DNA of 64,000 bases from a virus, in the IMG/VR virus record IMGVR_UViG_3300035492_000037. The stretch is one strand, 5' to 3'. The notes below the pieces were generated by a model. That model did not search any database. It worked only from the letters and a program-made list of their open reading frames with translations, and was not told the DNA's origin. The translations under genes and the position numbers were made by a program. Positions 52,849-61,858 of this stretch are shown here, in pieces; within the stretch, counting starts at the first letter, position 1, and the number at the start of each line of letters is the position of its first letter.

Positions 52849-53757
52849 ATGCCCTATGCACAAGGCGTCAATCAGAACACCTACATCAAACTGGAGGGTG
52901 TCGGCGGCACTCTTGACCCGGCCGTCGCCTGGATTCCGCTGCGCCTCATCACCAATGGCCTGAGCCAGTCGGTCGAGGAGTTGGAGTCCGACGAGATGCT
53001 GCCCGGCCGCCATATGGCAGAGTCCCGCAGCGGCGTCTCCAGCGTGGCCGGCGACCTCGAAGCCGAGCTAACCTACGGCACCTTCGATATGCTGCTGGAA
53101 GCGGCCTTTCACGGCACCTGGACCGCCAACGTCCTGAAGACCGGCAGCACTCGCCGCAAGTTCGCCATCCTCAAGCACAACGAGGACATCGGCCGCTGGC
53201 TGATCTACCGCGGCTGCGAGGTCGGCAGCGTTGCGATCGACTGCCCGCTGCAGGGCAAGATCGGCATCACCTTCTCCATGATCGGCACCAAGGAGGAAGC
53301 CTACGTCTTCGATGGCGTGACCGAGAGCATCGCCGATCCGACCGAAACCGTGATGATGACCACGTTCGAGGGCTCGCTGACCGAAGGCGGAACCGGCCTC
53401 AACCACGCGACCGCGCTCAACCTGTCGCTCGATAACGGCATGGAGGCGATCTACCGCCTGTTCAGCCGCGACGCCTACGACATCAAGCTGGGCCGCATCA
53501 ACGTCTCCGGCAGCCTGTCCGCCTACATCGAGGACAACCGCCTCAAGGACAAGTACCTCGGCGAGACCAAGACCCCGTTGGTCGTGACCCTGACCGATGG
53601 CGAGAACAGCTATCAGATCAGCATGACCCAGGCCAAGCTGACGACCTCGAGCGAGGAAGGTAGTGGAGACGATCCGATCATCCAGAATTACGACTTCCGG
53701 GCATTCAATGACCAGGCGGTCGACACTGAGATCACCATCACCCGCATTCCGGCATAA
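52849..53757 (+). CDS. Major tail tube protein
   Basis: LESDE…VAGDL..EL..G.FD.LLEAA…GRINVSGSLSAY. Confidence 0.85.
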   Translation: MPYAQGVNQNTYIKLEGVGGTLDPAVAWIPLRLITNGLSQSVEELESDEMLPGRHMAESRSGVSSVAGDLEAELTYGTFDMLLEAAFHGTWTANVLKTGSTRRKFAILKHNEDIGRWLIYRGCEVGSVAIDCPLQGKIGITFSMIGTKEEAYVFDGVTESIADPTETVMMTTFEGSLTEGGTGLNHATALNLSLDNGMEAIYRLFSRDAYDIKLGRINVSGSLSAYIEDNRLKDKYLGETKTPLVVTLTDGENSYQISMTQAKLTTSSEEGSGDDPIIQNYDFRAFNDQAVDTEITITRIPA

Positions 53758-53767
53758 GGGGGCTCGC

Positions 53768-54160
53768 ATGAAACCGAGTGACTTTTTCACCCGGGCCAAG
53801 GCGAACGAGGGGGAGCGCATGCCGCTCTCCCTGCCTGATGGCACGCCTACCGATGAGTGGCTGATGATCCGCGGCGTGGATTCAGATCAGTTTCGTCATG
53901 CCCTTGATGAATTCCGGCGCAAGTCTCTGACCGCTGCCTCCATAAAAGATCTGGAAGAAAAAGCCGAGAAGGCGGAGGCGGCACGGCTCGAGCTAAATGC
54001 CGCTCTAGTGATCGGCTGGTCGCTTGACGCAGAGTTCACCGAGGCAGCGCTGCTGGAGTTCCTGCGCGAGGCACCATACGTCGCCGCAGAGGTGGACCGG
54101 TTCGCGAGTGACCGCCGCCGTTTTTTTGGGAAACGCTCGACGGGCTCGCAGAACAGCTAA
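53768..54160 (+). CDS. Tail assembly chaperone
   Basis: After the tail tube gene; slippery T TTT TTT at 54121-54127. Confidence 0.8.
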   Translation: MKPSDFFTRAKANEGERMPLSLPDGTPTDEWLMIRGVDSDQFRHALDEFRRKSLTAASIKDLEEKAEKAEAARLELNAALVIGWSLDAEFTEAALLEFLREAPYVAAEVDRFASDRRRFFGKRSTGSQNS

Positions 54161-54480
54161 TCGAGCACGCCGAGCATCAACTAGGGCTTCTGCGACCAGC
54201 CGGGCCGAGGCCCAAGAAAGGGCCGGACAAGCGCATTACCGTCCGCGCACAGTTGGAAGCCATCGCGGAGAAGACTGGCAAGCGTCCGTCCCGCCTGGAT
54301 GGGCCGCCGTGCCCGCCTGAACTGGCCTACATCTGGGAGTGGTACTGCTCAGCAAGGCCGATAGGCTCGCTCGTCGAACTGAAGGCTTGGGCGGACCTAT
54401 ACGGGCACACGCTGAAGCCGCACGAGATCATGCTGCTGCGCCGACTGGCTTCGGTCGAGGATCGCGTGGCGAGCCAGTAG
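54121..54480 (+). CDS. -1 frameshift extension of the tail assembly chaperone
   Basis: The -1 frame is open from the T7 run to 54480 (…PPCPPELAYIWEWY…ELKAW). Confidence 0.7.
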   Translation, partial: FFWETLDGLAEQLIEHAEHQLGLLRPAGPRPKKGPDKRITVRAQLEAIAEKTGKRPSRLDGPPCPPELAYIWEWYCSARPIGSLVELKAWADLYGHTLKPHEIMLLRRLASVEDRVASQ

Positions 54481-54526
54481 GGCGCCGATTTGGTACTCTG
54501 GCGCTTTCTGACAGGGAGCGCGTCCA

Positions 54527-54706
54527 ATGGAGTTCATCATGTTGGCGGTGATGGTCGCCGCCTATTTCCTGCCCGGCCTGATTGCCTACATGCGAGGCCA
54601 TCACAACGCGGTGTCGATCATGCTGCTCAACCTGTTCCTCGGCTGGACGCTGCTGGGATGGATTGGCGCGCTGGTGTGGTCGGCGACCTCGAGCAAGCCG
54701 CAATGA
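54527..54706 (+). CDS. Superinfection immunity protein (T4 Imm-like), not in the ORF track
   Basis: My translation MEFIMLAVMVAAYFLPGLIAYMRGHHNAVSIMLLNLFLGWTLLGWIGALVWSATSSKPQ; YFLP..IA..R.H.N…NLFLGWT..GW..ALVW is the Imm signature. Confidence 0.88.
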   Translation: MEFIMLAVMVAAYFLPGLIAYMRGHHNAVSIMLLNLFLGWTLLGWIGALVWSATSSKPQ

Positions 54707-55062
54707 GGGGCTTGATGGTGTGTGCCTCGGCCATGTTTGCGCTCGCCGGTTGTGACACGCGCGAGCAGGCCTGCAATGACGCTGATGCTGCTTATCTAGC
54801 CGCACAGGAGCTTGTCGCAGAGCGGCTCGTCTCGCCTGCGACAGCTAGCTTCCCGGTGGCTGGCGAGAAAGGCGCGCACGTCGATAAGTCAGACGGCTGC
54901 AGGTATTTGATCAGCAGTTACGTCGATTCACAGAACCTGTTCGGTGCCGTGGTGCGCAGCAAGTTTGACGCCATCATGGTTCTCTCGCCGGATGGAGCGT
55001 GGAGGCCGGACGGCTTTAACCTTTCCGAGTTCCAAGGAAACGGCGCAGTCAAACGAGACTGA
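54703..55062 (+). CDS. Moron lipoprotein
   Basis: LAGC lipobox; L.SPATA.FP…YVDSQN.FGA motif; ATGA overlap with imm. Confidence 0.75.
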   Translation: MRGLMVCASAMFALAGCDTREQACNDADAAYLAAQELVAERLVSPATASFPVAGEKGAHVDKSDGCRYLISSYVDSQNLFGAVVRSKFDAIMVLSPDGAWRPDGFNLSEFQGNGAVKRD

Positions 55063-55078
55063 CCGCAAGATTCACAAG

Positions 55079-55101
55079 AGCCCGCCTAGTGCGGGCTTTT
55101 T
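55079..55101 (+). terminator. Moron terminator
   Basis: AGCCCGC-CTAGT-GCGGGCT followed by a T run. Confidence 0.7.
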
Positions 55102-55116
55102 CATGCCGGAGAAAAG

Positions 55117-55467
55117 ATGCGCCCGCAGGATTTCTATACGAATACGAGGGCCAGCGAGGGCGTCGTTGTCGAGTTCGCCGACCCGGCAGGCAGCAGAGAG
55201 TGGATACGCATCAGGTCCGTGTTGAGCGACGAGTTCAAAACCGCCTCGCTGTTGGCTCTAGAAGATGCGGCGCGGATCTCGGCCGAGTCAGGAAAGGAAA
55301 AGGCCAGACGGCTACGCGCGCGTCTTGCTGCTGCGCTTGTCGCTGACTGGTCGCTGCCTGGCGATGTCGATCCGATTCAGTTGCTCATTGAGGCACCACG
55401 CCTGCGCCGGCAAATCGAGCGCATAGCCGAGAACAACTCACTGCACTTTGGGGTACTCCATGACTGA
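55117..55467 (+). CDS. Second tail assembly chaperone paralogue
   Basis: MRPQDFYT..ASEG…EWIRIRSV.SDEF resembles MKPSDFFT..ANEG…EWLMIRGV.SDQF of 53768. Confidence 0.7.
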   Translation: MRPQDFYTNTRASEGVVVEFADPAGSREWIRIRSVLSDEFKTASLLALEDAARISAESGKEKARRLRARLAAALVADWSLPGDVDPIQLLIEAPRLRRQIERIAENNSLHFGVLHD

Positions 55468-57769
55468 ATATGCACGGCTGGTCGTGGCAGTAGACAGCAC
55501 GCAGGCTGCAAAGGCGCGCGCAGAGCTTGAAAAGCTACCAGCGTCAGCACGCAAGGCCAGTGCCGGCGCCGATGCCATGTCATCGAGCTTCCGCAAGCTT
55601 GGTGGCGTGCTGGGAACCTACTTCAGCGTGCGGGAGGTGGTGAGGGCCGCGGAGGCTTACACCACGATCAACAACCGCCTTCGGCTGGTCACTTCTAGCT
55701 CGGAAGATCTAGCCAGGGCGCAGAGTGACCTGTTCCAGATCGCGCAGAACTCTCGTCAGCCGCTTACCGAGACTGCAGAGCTTTACCAGCGAATCGCTAC
55801 CAATCAGAAAGAGCTTGGCCTTACCGGCGCCGGAGTGGCTCGCATTACCGAAGTGATCAACAAGTCGCTTGCAGTGTCAGGCACTTCGGCTGCATCCGCA
55901 GCGGGCGCGCTGACGCAGCTAGGGCAGGCCTTCGCATCTGGCCAGCTGCGCGGCGAAGAGCTGAACTCAGTGCTGGAGAATGCCCCCGCCCTGGCGCAAG
56001 CCCTTGCCCGCGGCATGGGCGTTACCGTGGGCCAGCTTCGTGCGCTAGGCGCTGAAGGAAAGATTTCTGCGCAAGCTGTAGTCGACGCTCTGCTCAGCCA
56101 AGGAGAGGCGCTGGATCAACAATTTGCCACGCTGGCTCCTACTGTTTCCGGCGCAATGACCACGGTCGGCAATGCGTTCGTCCAGCTCGTCGGGCAAATG
56201 GACCAGGCTACTGGCGCCTCTGCAGGTGCTGCTGCCGAAATTATGAAGTTGGCCGACATTCTTTCCGATCCTGCGACCGTAAAGGCTGCGCAGGATCTCG
56301 CGGCTGGTATCGCGACAGCTCTTGGCTGGGTTGTTGAGGCCGCAACATCGACTGTTGGTGCCGTCAAGTGGATGTCCGAGGAGCTGGCTGTACTCTTCAA
56401 CGGGATCGGTTTGCATGACATTGACCGCCTCGAGCAGGAAGCGTCTCGCCTGCAAGAACTGCTCAACAAGATGGAGCAGCGCGGCGAGACCGGGTATGCA
56501 ATCTACGGCAGCAAAAAGGAAAGCTACGACAAGGTTAAACGCCAGCTGGATCAGGCGTATGAGCTGGCGGATCTGGCCTCTTCGCTGCAAAAAGGAAGCG
56601 CCGCGTCTGCTCCGCGGACTAACCCGTCAGATCGGCCCGCGCTTAGAACCGCAACCGGCGGCAGTGGCGTTATTGAGCAAGATGTCAAGAACTCGAAGGC
56701 TTTGCAGGCGCAACTCAAAGCAGAGCTGGCAGCAAAGCGCGAGCTGACCGCACAGGAACAGATCCGCATCGACATCCTGCGCGAGTCCGGCCAGCTGCGC
56801 GCCGCCAATGACGCGCAGTTCCAGCTCGAGTACGCCGAGAAGATCGCCGAGTACGAGCGCCAGGGGAACGTCGAGGCACTGCAGCGGCTTGAGACTCTGC
56901 GTCGCATCCGCGAAGTGCAGATGAGTGCCGACCAAGCGCCCGGCACTGTTGAAGGTGTCAGCAAGGCGCCTAACTCCGGTTTTGTGTCGCCCGAGATTGG
57001 CGGGGCTGCTAGCGAGTTCATGCGCCTGCAGGAGCAGGCCACGCAGCTAGAGCAATGGCGTGCAACGGAACTGGAGAAACAGCGCGGATTTCTCGAGGCG
57101 AAAGCGATCAACGAGGAGCAGTACGCCGAGCGCGTTCGCAACATTCAGGAGCAACACCAGCAGCAGGTCGAACAGCTCGAGCAGGCGCGCTATCAGGTGT
57201 CGCTCTCCAGTGCGACGGACCTGTTCGGCAACCTGGCCGATATCACCGCGCAGTTCGCCGGCGAGCAGTCCGGTATCTACAAGGCGATGTTCATAGCGCA
57301 AAAGGCGTTTGCTATCGCTCAGTCGATGATTGCGATCCAGCAGGGTATTGCCTTGGCTGCGGCAAACCCGTGGCCGCTGAACCTGGGCGCAATGGCCTCG
57401 GTCGCTGCGGCTACGGCCGGCCTTGTCTCGAACATCGCGGCTGTAGGCCTCTCATTCGACGGAGGCGGCTACACCGGCAACGGCCCGCGCAGTGGCGGCC
57501 TGGACGGCAAGGGCGGCTTCCTCGCGATGATGCACCCGCAGGAAACCGTCATTGATCACACGAAGCAGCGCGGCAATAGCGGGTCTGGCGGCGGCGTGAT
57601 GGTCAACGTCAACCTGATCGAGGACGCGAGCAGGGCTGGCACAGTGGAGAAGAGCCAGAACCCGGATGGCTCATGGGACGTGAAGGCCTTTGTTGCTGAC
57701 CTGCACGGCGACGGGCCTGCTGCCAAGGCGATCAGTCAGTATTTCGGAATCCAGAAGGTGGGCAGATGA
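55460..57769 (+). CDS. Tape measure protein
   Basis: 769 aa; GQLRGEELNS N-terminal motif; FDGGGYTG…GGLDGKGGF…HPQE. Confidence 0.92.
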   Translation: MTEYARLVVAVDSTQAAKARAELEKLPASARKASAGADAMSSSFRKLGGVLGTYFSVREVVRAAEAYTTINNRLRLVTSSSEDLARAQSDLFQIAQNSRQPLTETAELYQRIATNQKELGLTGAGVARITEVINKSLAVSGTSAASAAGALTQLGQAFASGQLRGEELNSVLENAPALAQALARGMGVTVGQLRALGAEGKISAQAVVDALLSQGEALDQQFATLAPTVSGAMTTVGNAFVQLVGQMDQATGASAGAAAEIMKLADILSDPATVKAAQDLAAGIATALGWVVEAATSTVGAVKWMSEELAVLFNGIGLHDIDRLEQEASRLQELLNKMEQRGETGYAIYGSKKESYDKVKRQLDQAYELADLASSLQKGSAASAPRTNPSDRPALRTATGGSGVIEQDVKNSKALQAQLKAELAAKRELTAQEQIRIDILRESGQLRAANDAQFQLEYAEKIAEYERQGNVEALQRLETLRRIREVQMSADQAPGTVEGVSKAPNSGFVSPEIGGAASEFMRLQEQATQLEQWRATELEKQRGFLEAKAINEEQYAERVRNIQEQHQQQVEQLEQARYQVSLSSATDLFGNLADITAQFAGEQSGIYKAMFIAQKAFAIAQSMIAIQQGIALAAANPWPLNLGAMASVAAATAGLVSNIAAVGLSFDGGGYTGNGPRSGGLDGKGGFLAMMHPQETVIDHTKQRGNSGSGGGVMVNVNLIEDASRAGTVEKSQNPDGSWDVKAFVADLHGDGPAAKAISQYFGIQKVGR

Positions 57770-58230
57770 TCGAGTATCCCGCAGAACTGCCTTACCCCGA
57801 CCTTTCCGGCTACTCGCTGGAGCACGCGCCCAACCTAACGCGAACTCCGATGGTTAGTGGCCGCGCCAGGCAGCGCCGCAAATACACCAGCGTGCCGAGC
57901 TTCGTGACTCTTTCCTGGGGGATGCCTCAGAAAGAGTTCGAGCTGTTCGAGGCCTGGTTCCGCTGGTCACTGAAGGACGGCGAGGAGTGGTTCACTGGCT
58001 GGGCTCAGACATCTGGGCCTGGCCGGCAGACGACGATGCGCTTCATGGGTTCAGATGGATCGCCTGCCTACACCGCGCGCCTAGATGGCCCCGATTACTG
58101 GCGCATCAGCTGCAGGCTGGAGATCCGCGAGCGGCAAACGCTCAGTGATGGCTGGCAGCTTCTTCCTCAGTACGTCCTTGATCCTTCGATTCTCGACCTT
58201 GCACTCAACAGGGAGTGGCCAGAGGCATGA
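57766..58230 (+). CDS. Distal tail protein-like
   Basis: RTPMVSGRARQRR; immediately after the tape measure gene. Confidence 0.7.
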   Translation: MIEYPAELPYPDLSGYSLEHAPNLTRTPMVSGRARQRRKYTSVPSFVTLSWGMPQKEFELFEAWFRWSLKDGEEWFTGWAQTSGPGRQTTMRFMGSDGSPAYTARLDGPDYWRISCRLEIRERQTLSDGWQLLPQYVLDPSILDLALNREWPEA

Positions 58231-58709
58231 CCATTCTCGAGCGAGTGTATGCGTCGGGTGGCGACGTGATCATCCCGGCTATCGAGCTGATCTGCGCCGC
58301 GTGGGCTGAACCGATCCTGATCTGCAACGGTTTTGAGAACCAGTCGGTTATCGACGAAGACGGCCGTGCGCTGACGTTCCTCGCAGCCGGCATCGATGTC
58401 GCGCTCCCCGAGAAATCGAACCGCGGCTCGCAGACGCTGACCTTCGCGATCGACAACGTGACCGGGGAGGCGCAGCAGCAGATCGACGCGGCGCTTGAGG
58501 CGCAGGAGCGCGTGACGCTGATGTACCGCACCTACCTGGCCAGTGATCTGTCTGCGCCGGCCGAACGCCCGCTACGTATGAGCGTGCTGGGTGGCTCGAT
58601 CGTCGGCACGCAGATCCAGATTCAGGCCGGCTTTTTCGACCTAATCAACGTGGCCTGGCCGCGCGACCTCTACACCACCAAATTCGCCCCGGCGCTCAAA
58701 TACCTATGA
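58227..58709 (+). CDS. DUF1833-like tail protein
   Basis: LTFAIDNVTG…YRTYLASDLSAP…FAPAL. Confidence 0.75.
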   Translation: MTILERVYASGGDVIIPAIELICAAWAEPILICNGFENQSVIDEDGRALTFLAAGIDVALPEKSNRGSQTLTFAIDNVTGEAQQQIDAALEAQERVTLMYRTYLASDLSAPAERPLRMSVLGGSIVGTQIQIQAGFFDLINVAWPRDLYTTKFAPALKYL

Positions 58710-59104
58710 CCTGGATCGACCACTACCTTCGCGCGACGTACCAGGACGGCGCACGCGGGCCGGATCGGTACGACTGCTGGGGGCTGGTCAGGGAGGTTCG
58801 ACACGTCATCTACGGCAAGCGCTTGCTGCCTTCGTGGGGGAATGTCAGGAACACGCAGCCGGCCGAGTTCACCCGGGCGTACCGGGCAGAGGCAGCGACG
58901 ATGGAGGAGTGCGCGCCGGAAGCTGGGGCAATCGCCGCCTGCTTCCGCGGCTCGCTCTGCCTGCATGTTGCCGTTGTGGTTGACCTCGGCGAGGGACTGC
59001 GAGTGCTGGAGATCCGCAACGCCAAGACCAGCGCCAGGCTGCTTCGCCTGACAGACTTCGAGCGCCACTACGCGCGCGTCATCTACTACCGGGACAAGTC
59101 ATGA
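58706..59104 (+). CDS. NlpC/P60-like tail tip protein
   Basis: GARGPDRYDCWGLV…HVAV. Confidence 0.8.
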   Translation: MTWIDHYLRATYQDGARGPDRYDCWGLVREVRHVIYGKRLLPSWGNVRNTQPAEFTRAYRAEAATMEECAPEAGAIAACFRGSLCLHVAVVVDLGEGLRVLEIRNAKTSARLLRLTDFERHYARVIYYRDKS

Positions 59105-61785
59105 TCGAGATTTATCCGAGCAAGTTGCCCGGCGCGCCTATCGAAACACACCGCACCCTGCAGCGAATGACGGTCGAGTCATGGCTGCGCGCGAATGTGC
59201 CGAGCTATGAGCAGCGCGAGGCGCCGCCGATCAGCGTCGAGATCAACGGTGTTCTGATTTCACCGGATGCCTGGGTGACTGCTGAGTTCGGGCCTGATGA
59301 TATCGTCGCGATCCGTGTCGAGCCGAAAGGCGTCGAATCACTGATTGCGGTCGCGACCATCGTTGCCGCGGTTAGCGTGGTCACAGGGCTGTTCATGCCC
59401 AAGTTGCCGTCCACGCCGAAGAACAACACGACGCAGGGCGACAAGCTGGCCGAGGCAGCGGCCAAGGGCAACAAAGTCCGCATCAACTCGCCTATCCGCG
59501 AGATCGCGGGACGGCGCAAGGTGTACCCGGACTACCTGACACCGCCGCACCGGTACTTCCAGGCCGGCAGCCCGAAGTCGCAGTGGGTCGAGATGCTGCT
59601 GTGCATCGGCAAGGGCAAGTACCAGATCAACGCCAGCGAGATCCTAGTCGGCGACACGCCTGTCATCTCGCTGGGCGCCGACGCCGAATACGCGATCTAT
59701 CAGCCGGGCGCTAGCGTTGCGGCTGAACGTGCGGCCGATTGGTGGCATACCGCGACCGAGGTTGGTTCAACCAGCAGCGGAACGGCAGGTCTCGAGCTGC
59801 GTGCGACCTATGCGGTTGATCCAGTATCTACGGCCTCGAGCTACATTTTCAGCGGCGACACCATCACCGTTCCCTCTGGCGCTGGCGCGTTCCCGGACGG
59901 CTGGGACGCCGGCATGATCGTGCGCATCGAGCAATACCTGACGTATACGGTTGGTTCCGACGGAGGATCTCTCGAGGGCAACCTGACCCAGCTCGAGCCG
60001 TTCGCTGGGATGGTCATCGAGTTGGCTGGTGATATCGCTGGCGCATTCGTGGTTGCCTCTGTAACCACTGCAGGCCCCTCCGACCCTACGCCTGTTTCGA
60101 TCGCCCTGAACTACGAGAACGGCAGCCCCGTGGTTGGCCTGTCGCCGGGCTCTGCACGCCTGGCAGTAGGCTACGACGGTATGCGCTACCGCCTGACTGC
60201 AGGAAGCACAACCGCCATCAGCGTCGATCGGCTCACTGATACCGGGTCTACAGACACGGCATGGAGTGGATTCACTCCGGTGACCATGAGCGATGCAGAG
60301 CTGACGCTCGACGCCAGCACGCAGGAGGGAGACTGGGCCGGCCCGTTTGCCGTATGCCCGGCAGGCGAGACGACGGATGAACTTGAGTTCGACTTCATGT
60401 TCCCGGGCGGCCTGATCCACATCGGATCGAAGGGGCAGCTGATCTATCGCTCTGTCACGGTTGAGATGCAGTACCGCGACATGGCCACCGCAGGTGCATG
60501 GACGACCGTTCGGAAGACCTACACAGCCAGGACGCTGGACCAGCTCGGCTATACCGAGAAAATATCGATTGGCTCTGCTATCAGGCCGGAGGCTCGCGTT
60601 CGGCGTATCGGTGCGAAATCGACAAACCCGAACATCCAGGACACGGTTCAGTGGTACGGCCTGCGGTCAAAGTTGCAGCCGCCAACCAGCTATGAGGACG
60701 TCACGACGCTGGCCATCCGCGTGCGCGGCGGTCATCGCCTGGCCTCGCAGTCTGAGCAGCTGGTGTCGGTCGTGGCCACCCGAGTTCTGCCGGTACGCAA
60801 CGGTGGAGCGTGGGATGTCGAAACGCCAACTCGCGACATCGCGCCGTGGTTCGCCTACGTCGCGCATTCGATCGGCTACACGGACGACGATATCGATTTC
60901 GAGGAGCTGGACCGCCTCGATGCAATCTGGCGCGCGCGTGGGGACACGTTCGACGCTGCGATTGATAGCTCTGGCACGGTGAAGGAGTGGCTCAACGACG
61001 CGCTGATGGCCGGATTTGCAGAGCTAACCGTTGATCGAGGCCTCATCCGCCCCGTGCGCGATGAGCCTCGCACGACGTTCGAGCACATGTACACGCCGCA
61101 GAACATGACCGAGCAGCTGACGCGCCAGTTCGCGGCGTTCCAGCCTGATGATTTCGACGGTGTAGACGTGGAGTACACGGACGGAATCACCTGGCAGAAA
61201 GAGACTGTCGAGTGCCGCCTGCCTGGAGACCTTGGCCGGCGCGTCGAGAAGATCAAGGTCGAAGGGGTGACTGACGAGACGCGCGCCTGGCGCATCGGCA
61301 TGCGGCGCAGGATGGAGCAGCTCTATCGCCGCTGGTCCTATGGCTGGTCGACAGAACTTGACGCGCTCAACTCGCGGTACCTGTCGTACTGCGCTGCGGC
61401 AGATGACGTGCCCGGCTATGGCCAGAGCGCGCTGCTGCTTGATTTCGTCTCTGGCAACGGGATGACCATGCTGGAATCGTCCGAGCCGCTGACATGGGGC
61501 GACGGCGAGCACGTCGTGGCCATCAGGCGGCCGGATGGCACGCTGTCAGGGCCATACACAGCAACGCGAGTCGATGACTACCGGATGACCGTGCCTGCGC
61601 TTGATTTCGAGCCAGACACCAGCTGGAGCATTGAGCCGCCGCACCTGCTGTTCGGCCCGCTGAATCGCTGGAGCTATCCGGTGCTTATCACCTCTATCAG
61701 CCCGAGCGGCGATAGCGGAGCCTCAGTGCAGGCCGTCAACTACGACGCGCGCATCTATCAGTACGACGACGCCACACCCGCCTAA
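59101..61785 (+). CDS. Central tail fibre/host specificity protein (J-like)
   Basis: 894 aa; PIREIAG…YPDY; FDGVDVEY.D..TW; AVNYDARIY. Confidence 0.85.
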   Translation: MIEIYPSKLPGAPIETHRTLQRMTVESWLRANVPSYEQREAPPISVEINGVLISPDAWVTAEFGPDDIVAIRVEPKGVESLIAVATIVAAVSVVTGLFMPKLPSTPKNNTTQGDKLAEAAAKGNKVRINSPIREIAGRRKVYPDYLTPPHRYFQAGSPKSQWVEMLLCIGKGKYQINASEILVGDTPVISLGADAEYAIYQPGASVAAERAADWWHTATEVGSTSSGTAGLELRATYAVDPVSTASSYIFSGDTITVPSGAGAFPDGWDAGMIVRIEQYLTYTVGSDGGSLEGNLTQLEPFAGMVIELAGDIAGAFVVASVTTAGPSDPTPVSIALNYENGSPVVGLSPGSARLAVGYDGMRYRLTAGSTTAISVDRLTDTGSTDTAWSGFTPVTMSDAELTLDASTQEGDWAGPFAVCPAGETTDELEFDFMFPGGLIHIGSKGQLIYRSVTVEMQYRDMATAGAWTTVRKTYTARTLDQLGYTEKISIGSAIRPEARVRRIGAKSTNPNIQDTVQWYGLRSKLQPPTSYEDVTTLAIRVRGGHRLASQSEQLVSVVATRVLPVRNGGAWDVETPTRDIAPWFAYVAHSIGYTDDDIDFEELDRLDAIWRARGDTFDAAIDSSGTVKEWLNDALMAGFAELTVDRGLIRPVRDEPRTTFEHMYTPQNMTEQLTRQFAAFQPDDFDGVDVEYTDGITWQKETVECRLPGDLGRRVEKIKVEGVTDETRAWRIGMRRRMEQLYRRWSYGWSTELDALNSRYLSYCAAADDVPGYGQSALLLDFVSGNGMTMLESSEPLTWGDGEHVVAIRRPDGTLSGPYTATRVDDYRMTVPALDFEPDTSWSIEPPHLLFGPLNRWSYPVLITSISPSGDSGASVQAVNYDARIYQYDDATPA

Positions 61786-61858
61786 CAACTAGCCAACACC
61801 ACACACCGGACACGGCCCACACGGACGCCGTGCGATTTCGTTCGCCTGGAGTAAACGC

